Positions 7,007-17,207 of a stretch of 53,660 nucleotides of DNA are shown one piece after another (the first letter of the stretch is position 1; each line of letters opens with the position of its first letter). Below the pieces are notes generated by a model. The model made no database searches, was not told the origin of the DNA, and saw nothing but the letters and a program-made list of their open reading frames with translations. The stretch lies in the IMG/VR virus record IMGVR_UViG_3300045988_124798, positions 1 to 53,660 of that record; one strand, given 5' to 3'. This stretch comes from a virus. The translations under genes were made by a program, and so were the position numbers.

Positions 7007-10000
7007 AATAGATAAACTTGAAATAAAGATTGTTGCGGATGCGAAGTCTGCGGAGAAATCAATCAAGAAGTTAAGCGAGACTATTGAGGGTATTGGGAAA
7101 ACAGGAGATTCCACAAAACAGATTCGTGAAATTAAATCTGTTTTGGAAAGCATTAAAACACCGGAAATAGAGATTAACGGCATAAAAGAATTTGCGAAAC
7201 AAGCAAGAATCATAGCACACAACTTTTCAAAAGCCGCAAAAAGCGCAAAGGAAATCGGTATTGCGTTAAAAGGCGTGAATCTCGGACAACTCACAAAAAA
7301 GTCAAAAAAAGAATCTGCACCTGTTGAAGATTATAGTCATTTGAAGGACATTCCTATTTTTGACATAGGCAAGCAGATTAACGGAAAGCCGATACAGGAT
7401 GCCGCAGAATCTATGTCTGATTTAACGAGCGAAACAAGCAGTGCCGTTTCCGTTGCAGGGCAGCTTGCCGCCGCAATGGGACGCGTTTCTGAAAACGCCG
7501 CAAAAACAGACAGATTTTCTGGAATAGAAAAGGAGATTTCAAAAAATCTTGGCATGACAGGCGTTCTGGATATTGATAATGGGAAATTCGCTGAAACCAT
7601 AGAGGAATCAAAAAGCCTTATCAATGGATTTAGAGTTGACTTAGAAAAACTCGGACTTAGTGAAATTAAGTTTCCAGAAGTCGAAAAGGCAGAACGAGAA
7701 TTTAAAAATATGGAAAATACGGTTAGAGTTCTGACCGAAACCATAGAAGAATTAAAGTCTGCCGGTGGAAACGCCAAACAGATGAAACCGCTTGAAAAGC
7801 AGTTGGAGAGAATAAGCCAAAAATCAAAAATAGCAAATCTTAATCTGAAAGATACTATTGCACTTGCACGTTCTAAAATACCAAATATTCAAGAGGGGTT
7901 GCAGGAAAATCAGGGCAAAAAAACGCAACGAGAAGGACAAAGGAAACGCTCAAATAAATCTCGTGGTCGTTCATCCGGTGGGCTTTTTGGTCGCTCTGGC
8001 GGTCGAAATAGTTTTTCTTTGCCTAAAATGGTTGGTATGTCTGTGCTGTACTCCACTGTATTTCAGCTGATTTCAACCATACAATCTGCATTTGCAGAGG
8101 GTATGCAGAGTTTAGCACAGTACAGTCAATCGGTAAATGCAAACATTTCCTCTATGATGTCCGCTTTAATGCAGTTGAGAAACGCATTTGCGGCGGCGTT
8201 TGAGCCTATTCTTTCTGTTGTCGCACCCTACCTTGCTACTTTCATTAGTTGGCTTGCAAGGGCAATCAATATGTTGGGTCAGTTCTTTGCTGCACTGACA
8301 GGAAAAGGATATGCAATACAGGCTAAGAAAGTGCAAATGGACTACGCGAAAAGCCTGAAAGATACAGCAAGCGGCGCAGGAAAAGCGGCTAAGGCATTAA
8401 AGGAAATGCAGGACTATACACTCGGATTTGATGAATTGCACATCATAGACACCAAGCAGAACGATAGCGGCGGTGCTGGTGGCGGTGGTGCTGGCGGCGC
8501 AGGAGACCTTCTCCCTACCGATATGTTTGAAACTGTCGAGATTGATTCCAAGATAAAAGGTCTTGCTGACAGAATAAAAGAAGCGTTTAAAACGGGGGAC
8601 TTTTACAGCCTTGGTGCTGATTTAGGTCAGAAGATACAAGATGCACTCGGCAGTATTGACTGGGATGCAATATATGAAAAGGCAGACAAATTCGGGACTG
8701 GCTTGGCAACATTCTTAAATGGCTTAATATCGCCCGATACATTTTCTGTTTTAGGGGCAACAATAGCAGGCGCATTGAACACCGCATTGCATTTCCTTGA
8801 TTCATTCGGCACTAAATTTGATTGGTCTAATTTCGGGCTGTCCATAGCAGCTGGAATTAACACGTTTTTCTCCACTTTCGATTTTGTCCTTGCCGCAGAT
8901 ACGGCTAATAAATGGATAAACGGTATTTTAACCACATTAATAAAAGCCGTACAGGGTACAGATTGGGCAATGATAGGAGAAAAAATTGGAACATTCATAA
9001 AGGAAATTGATTTTGTCACCATTCTGTCCAATATCGGAACGCTGATATTTGAAGCAATATCGGCGGCACTTGAAGCGTGGAATGGTTTTGTTGATGTTGC
9101 GCCGATAGAATCAACTATCATAGCCGCTGTTGCGTTATTGAAATTTACTGGTCTGGGTGCTTCAATAGCCAAAGCAATCGCAGCACAGATAGCAGGCTCG
9201 GAGATTGTTACTGGTATAGGAACTGCGATTGCTGGTCTTGGACCGAAGATTGCAGGATTTATATTAAGTCCTTGGACGCTTGCCATAGGGGCGGCTATAT
9301 TAGCCGTTTTTATGACTATAAAGCATTGGGATGAGATAAAAGAGTTTCTTGCGAAGTTGTGGGATGGTATTAAGAAAACAGTAGTCGAAGTATGGGACTC
9401 TATTAAAAATTTCTTCAAAACAACATGGGATGAGATTGTAAGCTACTACCCGGAGAAATGGAATGAATTAAAGACGGCAACCTCTGAATTGTGGGAAGCC
9501 GTCAAAACAACCATTTCTGAAAAATGGACTGCAATTAAGAATTTCTTCACGGAAACAATACCGCAGATTATAAGTGATATTGTTGGTTGGTTCTCTGAAT
9601 TGCCATCTAAAATTGGCACTGCAATTTCAACTTTAATATCCTCCATCTTCCCTACATGGGGAAATGATATCTCAACTTGGATTTCATCTTCAATACCAGA
9701 AAAAATCAAAATGATTATCGACCTGTTTAAAGGAATACCACAGGGCGTATACAATGCCGTAACATCCATGGGTCGGAAGATTGAAGAAATCGGCAAGTGG
9801 ATGTGGAAGGGCATTAAAAAAGGTTTGCTTTCTTTAGTGCCTTCTGGCGTGAAGGAAGTTGTAAGTGGAATACTTAGCGGTACAAAGAGCGCGGCGGAAA
9901 TTCACTCTCCTTCTAAACTGTTTAAGCGAGAGGTCGGTGCTTATCTGGGCGCAGGTATCGTTGAAGGTATGGAAGAATCCGTCAAAGGTGCAGGCAGTGT

Positions 10001-10718
10001 TATTGATGAAATCGTAGACAAAGTATCTGGCGGTGGCAGTCTTGCGCCTGTTGTATCGGTCGAAGCACCAGATATTTCACAGTGGGATGCGACATGGGCT
10101 ACATTGAGAGAAAATTTTACAGTGCTAAAGGAAGATATCATTTCAAGTATGAATACATTCTATTCGAGCATAAGTGCTATGACAACGAATTTCGGTACGG
10201 TTTCCAAGGCACAGATAACGGCGTATCTGCTGAAAGTTTACGATAACATTTACAACACGTTTGATGCTATCAGACAGACCTTGCAGCAAGTATCTGATGA
10301 GGTTACAAGGATGCTGAACCAGATGGTTTCCGATGCAAACTCACTGGCAGGATTGACTGGTAAAAAATACAGTCATGTCGGCGGCTACACCATGCAACAG
10401 GCGCAGCGGTTCAACATAGAAATGTTTGCGAATGGTGGTTTCCCTCGGTCTGGCGAGTTGTTTCTTGCAAGAGAGGCAGGAGCAGAAATGGTCGGCAGTA
10501 TTGGCAGCAAAACAGCCGTTGCCAACAATGACCAGATAGAACGTGCCATTTTTAATGCTGTTTTAACAGCTATGTCACAGGCAATGGCAAATGGCAGCAG
10601 TCAGCCAATCGAACTGAATCAGAAGATTGAACTGGATGGAGACGTTATTTATAACAATCAGCAGAAAGTATCCGCAAGACGAGGGATAAACTTCGGTCTT
10701 GGCGCATTTCAAAGGTAG
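6999..10718 (+). CDS. Tape measure protein
   Basis: 1239 aa. Coiled-coil N-terminus, multiple hydrophobic/G-A-rich central segments, position after the chaperones. Confidence 0.9.
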   Translation: MSEIDKLEIKIVADAKSAEKSIKKLSETIEGIGKTGDSTKQIREIKSVLESIKTPEIEINGIKEFAKQARIIAHNFSKAAKSAKEIGIALKGVNLGQLTKKSKKESAPVEDYSHLKDIPIFDIGKQINGKPIQDAAESMSDLTSETSSAVSVAGQLAAAMGRVSENAAKTDRFSGIEKEISKNLGMTGVLDIDNGKFAETIEESKSLINGFRVDLEKLGLSEIKFPEVEKAEREFKNMENTVRVLTETIEELKSAGGNAKQMKPLEKQLERISQKSKIANLNLKDTIALARSKIPNIQEGLQENQGKKTQREGQRKRSNKSRGRSSGGLFGRSGGRNSFSLPKMVGMSVLYSTVFQLISTIQSAFAEGMQSLAQYSQSVNANISSMMSALMQLRNAFAAAFEPILSVVAPYLATFISWLARAINMLGQFFAALTGKGYAIQAKKVQMDYAKSLKDTASGAGKAAKALKEMQDYTLGFDELHIIDTKQNDSGGAGGGGAGGAGDLLPTDMFETVEIDSKIKGLADRIKEAFKTGDFYSLGADLGQKIQDALGSIDWDAIYEKADKFGTGLATFLNGLISPDTFSVLGATIAGALNTALHFLDSFGTKFDWSNFGLSIAAGINTFFSTFDFVLAADTANKWINGILTTLIKAVQGTDWAMIGEKIGTFIKEIDFVTILSNIGTLIFEAISAALEAWNGFVDVAPIESTIIAAVALLKFTGLGASIAKAIAAQIAGSEIVTGIGTAIAGLGPKIAGFILSPWTLAIGAAILAVFMTIKHWDEIKEFLAKLWDGIKKTVVEVWDSIKNFFKTTWDEIVSYYPEKWNELKTATSELWEAVKTTISEKWTAIKNFFTETIPQIISDIVGWFSELPSKIGTAISTLISSIFPTWGNDISTWISSSIPEKIKMIIDLFKGIPQGVYNAVTSMGRKIEEIGKWMWKGIKKGLLSLVPSGVKEVVSGILSGTKSAAEIHSPSKLFKREVGAYLGAGIVEGMEESVKGAGSVIDEIVDKVSGGGSLAPVVSVEAPDISQWDATWATLRENFTVLKEDIISSMNTFYSSISAMTTNFGTVSKAQITAYLLKVYDNIYNTFDAIRQTLQQVSDEVTRMLNQMVSDANSLAGLTGKKYSHVGGYTMQQAQRFNIEMFANGGFPRSGELFLAREAGAEMVGSIGSKTAVANNDQIERAIFNAVLTAMSQAMANGSSQPIELNQKIELDGDVIYNNQQKVSARRGINFGLGAFQR

Positions 10719-11093
10719 GTGGTTTTTGTGGCAGTAATCAAATATAACGGCATAGAAATTACCTGCCCTTCTGTGCAAGACTACGAAGGTCAGCAGTTAG
10801 TTGACAGTGGCAGAAATGCAAACGGCGTTGTGGTGGCTCAAAAAATAAACCGCCGCCAAGTGAAACTGAGTTTAGAGTGGAAGGTTATTTATCCGAAGGA
10901 ATTACAGAAGATTTTGGAGTTGATTGAAACCTTCATAGGTAAAGTAACCTATTATGACCCAAAGGAAGGTAAATTCATCACAAGGGAAATGTATTGGGGA
11001 GATTATTCCGTTTCTACATATTGGGTTTCCGAGAATGGCACACCGAAAATGTTTACAGGGTTAAAGGCTTCTCTTATCGACACAGGGAAATAG
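10719..11093 (+). CDS. Tail component in the distal-tail-protein position
   Basis: 124-aa ORF abutting the TMP stop. GTG start at 10719 or 10728. Assigned by position only. Confidence 0.4.
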   Translation: MVFVAVIKYNGIEITCPSVQDYEGQQLVDSGRNANGVVVAQKINRRQVKLSLEWKVIYPKELQKILELIETFIGKVTYYDPKEGKFITREMYWGDYSVSTYWVSENGTPKMFTGLKASLIDTGK

Positions 11094-11108
11094 CGGGGCG
11101 GTGGTTTT

Positions 11109-12887
11109 ATGTATCCAGTAACAGCAAAATGGAAAGAAGAAACAGAGCAAACGCTCCGCAATCCTTCTTATGTGAGAATTGTATTTGGCGTGACAGACCC
11201 AGACGCGCCGAGGTTAAGCAGACCAACAGATAATGGACATTTGCCTTACAGTGATATTGATAGCGTGGATGTTGGGACAACTGCCCCATCCACATATCAA
11301 ACCATGGAGCGTAACCGCTTTGTGTTGGATGGCAAGAACCCGTTGCCGAGAGAAGTAAACCCGATTTATCAAGGGTATGTCGGTACGGAAATCAGTGGCG
11401 ATACAGGCGTATACGCTATACAGCCATGCGTAAAGGTTGCGTTTGATGACTATGTGCAATTCCCGGGGCTAACCTTTCAGTTTGACGAAAGCATGGGGGA
11501 CTATCCGAGTAGTTTTCGTATCTTGGCGAAAAAGGATGGCGTTTCTGTTTTTGACAAGACATTTTCTCCAGATACGCCATATTGGGAAATGTCCGAGCAT
11601 ATTCCGATTTGCAACGAAACACAGTTCTTTTGGATAAAATCAAGCATACCGCACCGTAGGGCAAGACTGCTTTCTTTGATTTATGGTTTGGTAAGCAGAT
11701 TGACTACCGATGATATTACAAGCTGCTCCTCCACCAAAGAGATTGACCTGTTGACCTCTAAAATTCCAAAGCAGGAATTTGAGTTTACGTTGATTGATAT
11801 GCAAAGAAGATATGACCCAGAGAATCCACAGGGCGTTTGGGAGTATTTGGAAAGCAGACAACCTGTCAATTACCAGTACGGCTATGAATTGTCGGACGGC
11901 TCTATTGAATGGATACCTTGGGGGTTGTCCTATTCCTCTGGGGACTTTGAAGTATCCAAGCAAGGTATTGTGGCAGAGGTCAGCATAAAGTGTGTCGGGT
12001 TGGCAGACCATTTGACAATGACCTATGATGAGGGCGTTTATTCCCCTTCTGGTCGCAGTTTGTTTGACCTTGCAACCGATGTTATGAGGTTTGCTGGATT
12101 TGAAAATACAATTCAGCTTGATAACGCATTGAAGAATATTTATACGCACAATCCCCTGCCCTCCTCCAAAGTGAATGAGTGCTTGCAGCTGATAGCAAAT
12201 GCAGGGCGTTGCATTATGAGCCACAGTAGAGGCGGCTATATTCAAATCCTTAGAGAAAACGCAGAAACAACGGGGTTTGACATGAATTTTGACAAAATGA
12301 CGGATACGCCAACAACAACAAAGATACCGCCCCTTCGCAACCTATCAGTCGAGTATAACTCCATCAAGGTAAATTCCGAATTGACGGCGGCGGTCAATGC
12401 TGCTGAAATATCAGCTCCTACCGCACATGAGTACACCTTTACCCATCAAGCCTTTACAAATCAGAAGGTAGAAGTAAGTAGCGGCTTGTCTATTGTCGGC
12501 ACGCCGAAATACTATGCCTACAAAACCGTAGTAACGCTTAAGGGGAACGGTACAGTAACGGTAAATGGAAATAGCCTAACCGAAAACAAAATCGAATACA
12601 AGGCAAAATACAGTGATGTGGGCGAGGATTTGAGCGGAGTTAGCAACTCTCTGATTGACAATAGGGAGGATGCTGTTGCATACGCGAATTGGGTGGCGGC
12701 GGTAACGCTACGCAGGAACACTTACACCGCACAGGACAGGGGATATCCAGAGTTGGATGTTGGGGACACAGTAAGCCTTACAAGCAACTTTGCGAATCAA
12801 ACGCCTGTCACTATGGTTCAGCAGAAATTGTCCTATAATGGCTCAATTAAGGGCGAGTGCCAATATATTATTGGGGGTGGTGGATGA
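11109..12887 (+). CDS. Tail tip / baseplate hub protein (Tal position)
   Basis: 592 aa, second gene after TMP. Confidence 0.5.
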   Translation: MYPVTAKWKEETEQTLRNPSYVRIVFGVTDPDAPRLSRPTDNGHLPYSDIDSVDVGTTAPSTYQTMERNRFVLDGKNPLPREVNPIYQGYVGTEISGDTGVYAIQPCVKVAFDDYVQFPGLTFQFDESMGDYPSSFRILAKKDGVSVFDKTFSPDTPYWEMSEHIPICNETQFFWIKSSIPHRRARLLSLIYGLVSRLTTDDITSCSSTKEIDLLTSKIPKQEFEFTLIDMQRRYDPENPQGVWEYLESRQPVNYQYGYELSDGSIEWIPWGLSYSSGDFEVSKQGIVAEVSIKCVGLADHLTMTYDEGVYSPSGRSLFDLATDVMRFAGFENTIQLDNALKNIYTHNPLPSSKVNECLQLIANAGRCIMSHSRGGYIQILRENAETTGFDMNFDKMTDTPTTTKIPPLRNLSVEYNSIKVNSELTAAVNAAEISAPTAHEYTFTHQAFTNQKVEVSSGLSIVGTPKYYAYKTVVTLKGNGTVTVNGNSLTENKIEYKAKYSDVGEDLSGVSNSLIDNREDAVAYANWVAAVTLRRNTYTAQDRGYPELDVGDTVSLTSNFANQTPVTMVQQKLSYNGSIKGECQYIIGGGG

Positions 12888-13357
12888 TGGCTTGGATAAC
12901 ACCTATCTTTGACAGAATCGTTGAGGATACCGCAAGTGCAAGAATAAATCAAGGAAATGCCGAAAACAACAAAGGTGCGTTAAACTACCAAGACTTGAAC
13001 CGCATTGAAGGAAACCATAAGGAATTGATGAAATGGCTCAAAAGTAGCGGTTATTATCTTCCTCGTTCATACAGGGACTACAAAGAATTTAACGGCAAAA
13101 CATACACAGATTGGCAGGAAGAAAACATACCTTGGCTGTCCGAAATCAACCGTATCCGAGCGAATTATACCGCATTGGTGCGGTTGTTTTTGGTTGGCTT
13201 GGATTTACCTGTATTTGCGGAAAGTGATTACCTTGATTGGCAGGAAGTTAACGATTGGGAACGAGTTGCCGCAGTCGGAAAGGAAATGACAGAAAACATG
13301 AAGCAGGAATATATCCCCTGCGGAACGATAAATAGCGGAGGTGAACGGTTGCTATGA
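12884..13357 (+). CDS. Tail fibre-associated protein
   Basis: ATGATG overlaps the previous TGA. N-terminus WITPIFDR...YQDLNRIEGN is common in Firmicutes phage fibre modules. Confidence 0.4.
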   Translation: MMAWITPIFDRIVEDTASARINQGNAENNKGALNYQDLNRIEGNHKELMKWLKSSGYYLPRSYRDYKEFNGKTYTDWQEENIPWLSEINRIRANYTALVRLFLVGLDLPVFAESDYLDWQEVNDWERVAAVGKEMTENMKQEYIPCGTINSGGERLL

Positions 13358-13701
13358 AGGATTTTTTAGATAGAATCCCGACACAGGCAGGGCGGAGAAA
13401 AATCACCCATGCGGACGGGACAAACGAATATGTAACGGTTGAAATGGCTGACAATCCTACTGTTGTCGGCACACAGCTGAATCGTGAGGCGTTTATGGCG
13501 TTGCAGGGCTTTGAAGCAAAGACTACCGTATTCAATTCTGATGGCAGTATTACGGAAACCAATGCGAACGGCGATAAAAAGGTAACTACCTTCCTGTCCA
13601 ATGGAAACATTCAGGAAAAATTCACTGGCGCAAGCGGTCTTTCGATAACAAAAACAACAACATTCAAAAGTGATGGTAGCATTTCGGAGGTGATTTCATG
13701 A
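13354..13701 (+). CDS. Hypothetical tail fibre module protein
   Basis: 115 aa, with start and stop overlapping both neighbours. Confidence 0.35.
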   Translation: MKDFLDRIPTQAGRRKITHADGTNEYVTVEMADNPTVVGTQLNREAFMALQGFEAKTTVFNSDGSITETNANGDKKVTTFLSNGNIQEKFTGASGLSITKTTTFKSDGSISEVIS

Positions 13702-14360
13702 GTGTTTGGGCAGAAATAAAGAACGCATTGAACAGCACTCTTGGGACAAGTGATTTTTTATCTTTGGATAAGATAATACAGGCACATGGAGTGCAGACCT
13801 TTACCAAGAATGGCACGTTTACCGTTCCTGCTGGCGTGACAAAGATTTTGGTTACTGCTTTTGGTGCTGGCGGCGGCGGCAATCATAGCGGAGGACAGGG
13901 TGGAGCCAGAATAATTAAAAAAGCATATTCTGTTACGCCACAAACAAGCATTCAGATTACAATAGGCATCGGCGGCACAGCAGGCAATGACGGCGGTGCG
14001 ACTGTAATTGGTAATTTAGTTACACTGGAAGGTGGAGGGAGCAAGAAGTTTAAAGAACATCATAATGGGGCACTTGGCGGTGTATACGGTGCAAAAGCAG
14101 GCACATATAGTGAAAACGGTCAAGATAGTCCTGAATCTTATGGCGGCAAAGGCGGTTATAACAGACCAAGCACAGGCGGCGACGTATATAGTGGTGGCGG
14201 TGGCGGCGGTGCAGGATTTGGACGAGGCGGAGACGGCGGCGATGGTGACTACGGTTCTAAGGCAGGTAAAGATGGAGGAATCGGTGCTGGCGGGGGCGGC
14301 GGCGGACAAGGCGCAAGCAGCGGCTCTGGCGGCAATGGTATTGTTATTATCGAATGGTGA
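13698..14360 (+). CDS. Glycine-rich tail fibre / receptor-binding candidate
   Basis: 220 aa. FTVPAGVTKILVTAFGAGGGG followed by many GGxGG runs, as in glycine-rich-domain phage fibre proteins. Confidence 0.55.
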   Translation: MSVWAEIKNALNSTLGTSDFLSLDKIIQAHGVQTFTKNGTFTVPAGVTKILVTAFGAGGGGNHSGGQGGARIIKKAYSVTPQTSIQITIGIGGTAGNDGGATVIGNLVTLEGGGSKKFKEHHNGALGGVYGAKAGTYSENGQDSPESYGGKGGYNRPSTGGDVYSGGGGGGAGFGRGGDGGDGDYGSKAGKDGGIGAGGGGGGQGASSGSGGNGIVIIEW

Positions 14361-14369
14361 GGTGAGAAT

Positions 14370-14690
14370 ATGAAAACTTATGCAATGATTTTACAAAACA
14401 GAGTGATTGACGTTCTGAAAGACCAAGAAACAGAACCCTACTATCCACCCGACCCTTCGGGCAATTCTGTGACTGCCATTCCTTGTGACGATACGGTTAC
14501 GCTTGGCATGATTTATGACCCCGAAACAGGTACGTTTTCGGAATACACACCACCCGAACCCGAACCCATGCCCGAACCACAACCAACCCAGCTTGACCGC
14601 ATTGAGGAGCAGTTAAACGCCCTTACTGCGGACAGCGTGACAATAGAGAAATTAAATGCGGCAATCAGTGAAGGGGTGAATGAGGTATGA
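14370..14690 (+). CDS. Hypothetical (PEPEPMPEPQP linker)
   Basis: 106-aa ORF after the fibre gene. Proline/glutamate linker. Confidence 0.3.
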   Translation: MKTYAMILQNRVIDVLKDQETEPYYPPDPSGNSVTAIPCDDTVTLGMIYDPETGTFSEYTPPEPEPMPEPQPTQLDRIEEQLNALTADSVTIEKLNAAISEGVNEV

Positions 14691-15121
14691 TGGAAACGAT
14701 TAAGCACATGGCGAAGTTAGCGGCGCAGGCGGTACAGGAGCGCGCGGAAACCATGACAGGGACGGAGCTGAACGCTGAGGACAGGTTTATCCCAGATTTC
14801 CAGACGGCTTGTGAAAAAGAAAATATGCTGAACCGCCCTGTCGGCTTTGTCTGCAAGAGTACCGCAGGCAGAGTGGTAAAGCTGCTACAGAAATATGACA
14901 GCACCATTTACACCGCCGAACCCGAGGAATTGCCTGCACAGTGGGGTTTTGTATGGAGTGACAACCCCGAAAAGGCGAAGCCGTTTATCGCGCTCGCAAC
15001 GTCCCCTTACATGAAGGGAAATTGCTGCACGGAGGATGGCGCGGTGTATCGTTCTCTTATCGATAATAATACATGGAGCCCGACAGAATACCCTAGCGGA
15101 TGGGAAAAGGTAGAAGCATAA
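14687..15121 (+). CDS. Hypothetical with CBM5/12-like C-terminus
   Basis: 144 aa. C-terminal AVYRSLIDNNTWSPTEYPSGWEKV resembles chitin-binding-type carbohydrate modules. Confidence 0.35.
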   Translation: MMETIKHMAKLAAQAVQERAETMTGTELNAEDRFIPDFQTACEKENMLNRPVGFVCKSTAGRVVKLLQKYDSTIYTAEPEELPAQWGFVWSDNPEKAKPFIALATSPYMKGNCCTEDGAVYRSLIDNNTWSPTEYPSGWEKVEA

Positions 15122-15136
15122 AGGAGGCTTGATGAA

Positions 15137-15490
15137 ATGAGACAGATTACATTCTTAATGGAAAACTGGTACTTAGTGGTGGCACTTCTGGCGGTTGCCT
15201 GCGTGATTGGTATGTGTATCGGCAGATTTCTGAATATGCCCACCGAAACACAGCGCGTCAAAGTGAAACAATGGCTGTTATGGGCGGTTATGCAGGCGGA
15301 AAAGGAATTGGGCGGCGGCACTGGAAAATTGAAACTGCGCCGCGCCTATGATTTGTTTGTGCAGAGATTCCCTGCTATTGCTATAGCGGTATCATTCGAT
15401 ACCTTCTCTGCGTGGGTGGATGAAGCACTGGAAGAAATGCGAAAAATGCTGAAAGAAAACAAGGCGGTCAAGGAGATTGTAAAGGGATGA
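15137..15490 (+). CDS. Holin (LL-H family-like)
   Basis: 117 aa with one N-terminal TM (WYLVVALLAVACVIGMCIG) and a helical tail. Sits before the endolysin. Confidence 0.6.
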   Translation: MRQITFLMENWYLVVALLAVACVIGMCIGRFLNMPTETQRVKVKQWLLWAVMQAEKELGGGTGKLKLRRAYDLFVQRFPAIAIAVSFDTFSAWVDEALEEMRKMLKENKAVKEIVKG

Positions 15491-15494
15491 TTAT

Positions 15495-16064
15495 ATGGCG
15501 AAAAAGATGAACGCCGAAAAATGGGAAAGATTAAAAGAAGAAGGTCTTTCCTCGTATTATGTTAGTAATTTTGGAAGGATATATAACGAAAAGAAAAACA
15601 AACCTGTCCCTATTCAGAAGAATAGGAGAACGGGTTATTTTTTTGTCTCTCTATGGAATTATGATAAAAAGAAGGGAGAAAAAAGATATGTTCACAGATT
15701 GGTTGCAACATATTTTATATCAAATCCAGATAATAAAAAATATGTAGACCACATTGATACCGATAAATCTAACAATGTCTGTCAGAATCTGAGGTGGGTT
15801 ACGGCAAAGGAAAATGTTAATAATGTTTTGACGATAAAGCACATGAAAGAAAACCATGCGAATGTTTTCGGGAAAAAAAATTCATTCTATGGCAAAAAGC
15901 ATACAGAAAAATCCAAAAAAGAAATGAGCGAAAAAAAGAAAGGGGAGATGAATCCCTGCTATGGGAGAAGCGGTTCTAAACATCCTATGTTTGGAAAGGA
16001 ATCCCCGACAAAAGGAAAGAAAAGATATTTCAATGAAGAAACAATGCGATACTATTACGCTTAA
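15495..16064 (+). CDS. HNH homing endonuclease (NUMOD4 / HNH_3 / NUMOD3 repeats)
   Basis: YVSNFGRIYN..., HRLVATYFI..., VDHIDTDKSNN...NLRWVT.KEN, then repeated G(K)KHxxxxK NUMOD3-like motifs. Confidence 0.8.
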   Translation: MAKKMNAEKWERLKEEGLSSYYVSNFGRIYNEKKNKPVPIQKNRRTGYFFVSLWNYDKKKGEKRYVHRLVATYFISNPDNKKYVDHIDTDKSNNVCQNLRWVTAKENVNNVLTIKHMKENHANVFGKKNSFYGKKHTEKSKKEMSEKKKGEMNPCYGRSGSKHPMFGKESPTKGKKRYFNEETMRYYYA

Positions 16065-16079
16065 CGGAGGTGATGGCAA

Positions 16080-16715
16080 ATGGCAAAAATGACTGGAAAA
16101 GAACTGGTAAAGTTTTGTAGAAGCAAGGTCGGCACTGCCTATGTCTGAGTTTACGGTATGAAAGGCTCTGTAATGACAGAAGCAAACTACAACTATCTGA
16201 AAAACAAATATGGCAATATGGTATGGAACAGTGACCGAAAGAAAATCGGCAAGGTTTGTGTAGACTGCTCTGGTCTGATTTCGTGGGCGTGCGGTGTGAA
16301 ACTCGGCAGTACCCAATGGAAAGAACGGGCAAAAAGCGTAAACCCTATTTCTACCATAGAAAAAGCACCCATCGGGGCGTTGGTCTGGATGAAGGGGCAT
16401 ATCGGTGTTTACACTGGTATGAAGAACGGCTACCCTTACTACATAGCAGCTGACGGCTCGGCTTACGGTGTGCGTGAAGTCCCTCTGCGGTGCAACAAAT
16501 TCACACATTGGTTGCTTGTAAATGATATTTTCGACTACGAAACGGAGGATGAAGAAGTGGTAGAGAAGTGCAAGGTTATTATTGACGGCAAAGAACACAT
16601 AGCAGAACGGATTTTGAAGGACGGGACAAACTATATTAAGATTCGGGATGTTGCGGATGCCATCGGGTATAACATCACAAGCAAGGGGAGTATTGCGGTG
16701 CTGACGAAAAAATAA
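16080..16715 (+). CDS. Endolysin: NlpC/P60 peptidase plus Cu-amine-oxidase-N-like wall-binding domain, interrupted by an in-frame TGA at 16146-16148
   Basis: ATG at 16080 after GGAGGT encodes MAKMTGKELVKFCRSKVGTAYV, then TGA, then in frame VYGMKGS...VDCSGL...GHIGVY. The C-terminus is KVIIDGKEHIAERILKDGTNYIKIRDVADAIGY. Confidence 0.8.
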
Positions 16716-16796
16716 CCATTGTGTTGACCTCAACAAAATGGTATAATAACAGTACACCCTTTCGTAGATGCTTCAATCCAAAGCTACACAAAAATT

Positions 16797-16831
16797 GGGA
16801 GTATATCAATTTCGGTATACTCCCTTTTTTT
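16797..16831. terminator. Terminator hairpin between convergent late (+) and cargo (-) transcription
   Basis: gggagtata-(10-nt loop)-tatactccc followed by ttttttt. Confidence 0.75.
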
Positions 16832-17150
16832 ATGCCGTTTTGCGAATTTCCCCGACCATCATATCTACCATATCGAACACTTCATCCCCATAAGTAGCCA
16901 CAAAGTCACATAAAAATTCCTCTTGTTCCAATGGGATATGTATGTCATAGGACATACAGACTGCATGGCATAATTCGTGTATAAGCACCTTCCTCTTAAA
17001 GCCGCCTACAAGCCGATTTGAAAGGCAAATACAGTGGGTGGTATTATCGGTCACACCAACCGTAAAACTCCCGTCAGAGCGGCGCAGACAGTCAGAGGAT
17101 GGCATAACGGAAACAACGCTCCACTTTACATTGTTTATCTCAAACACCAT
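16830..17150 (-). CDS. Small HExxH metallopeptidase-like protein (second copy of this architecture)
   Basis: 106 aa with a VLIHELCHAVCMSYD motif. Last gene of the minus-strand unit. Confidence 0.5.
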   Translation of the reverse strand: MVFEINNVKWSVVSVMPSSDCLRRSDGSFTVGVTDNTTHCICLSNRLVGGFKRKVLIHELCHAVCMSYDIHIPLEQEEFLCDFVATYGDEVFDMVDMMVGEIRKTA

Positions 17151-17207
17151 TTTGTTACCACCCCCATTTAAAAAAGATAGGGGTGTTTTCCCCCTATCCG
17201 TTTTATA

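Noticed and set aside
8627-9418. 263-aa minus-strand ORF (and several shorter ones at 7337-7777 and 9446-9814) inside the tape measure gene
   Set aside because: It is antisense to a long, well-supported gene. Its low-complexity A/I/S/P-rich translation mirrors the TMP hydrophobic repeats, and it has no RBS.
16146-16148. Genome-wide TGA reassignment (code 4 or 25) or selenocysteine as the explanation for the in-frame TGA
   Set aside because: TGA terminates many well-defined genes here, often in tight stop/start overlaps (TTGA at 5200-5203, ATGATG/TGA at 12884-12887, the holin at 15488-15490). No SECIS-like hairpin follows the codon, and no tRNA with a UCA anticodon was found.
15882-16757. 291-aa minus-strand ORF spanning the HNH 3' end and the whole endolysin
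   Set aside because: It is antisense to two motif-supported genes. The translation is Cys/Phe/His-rich with no domain signal and no RBS.
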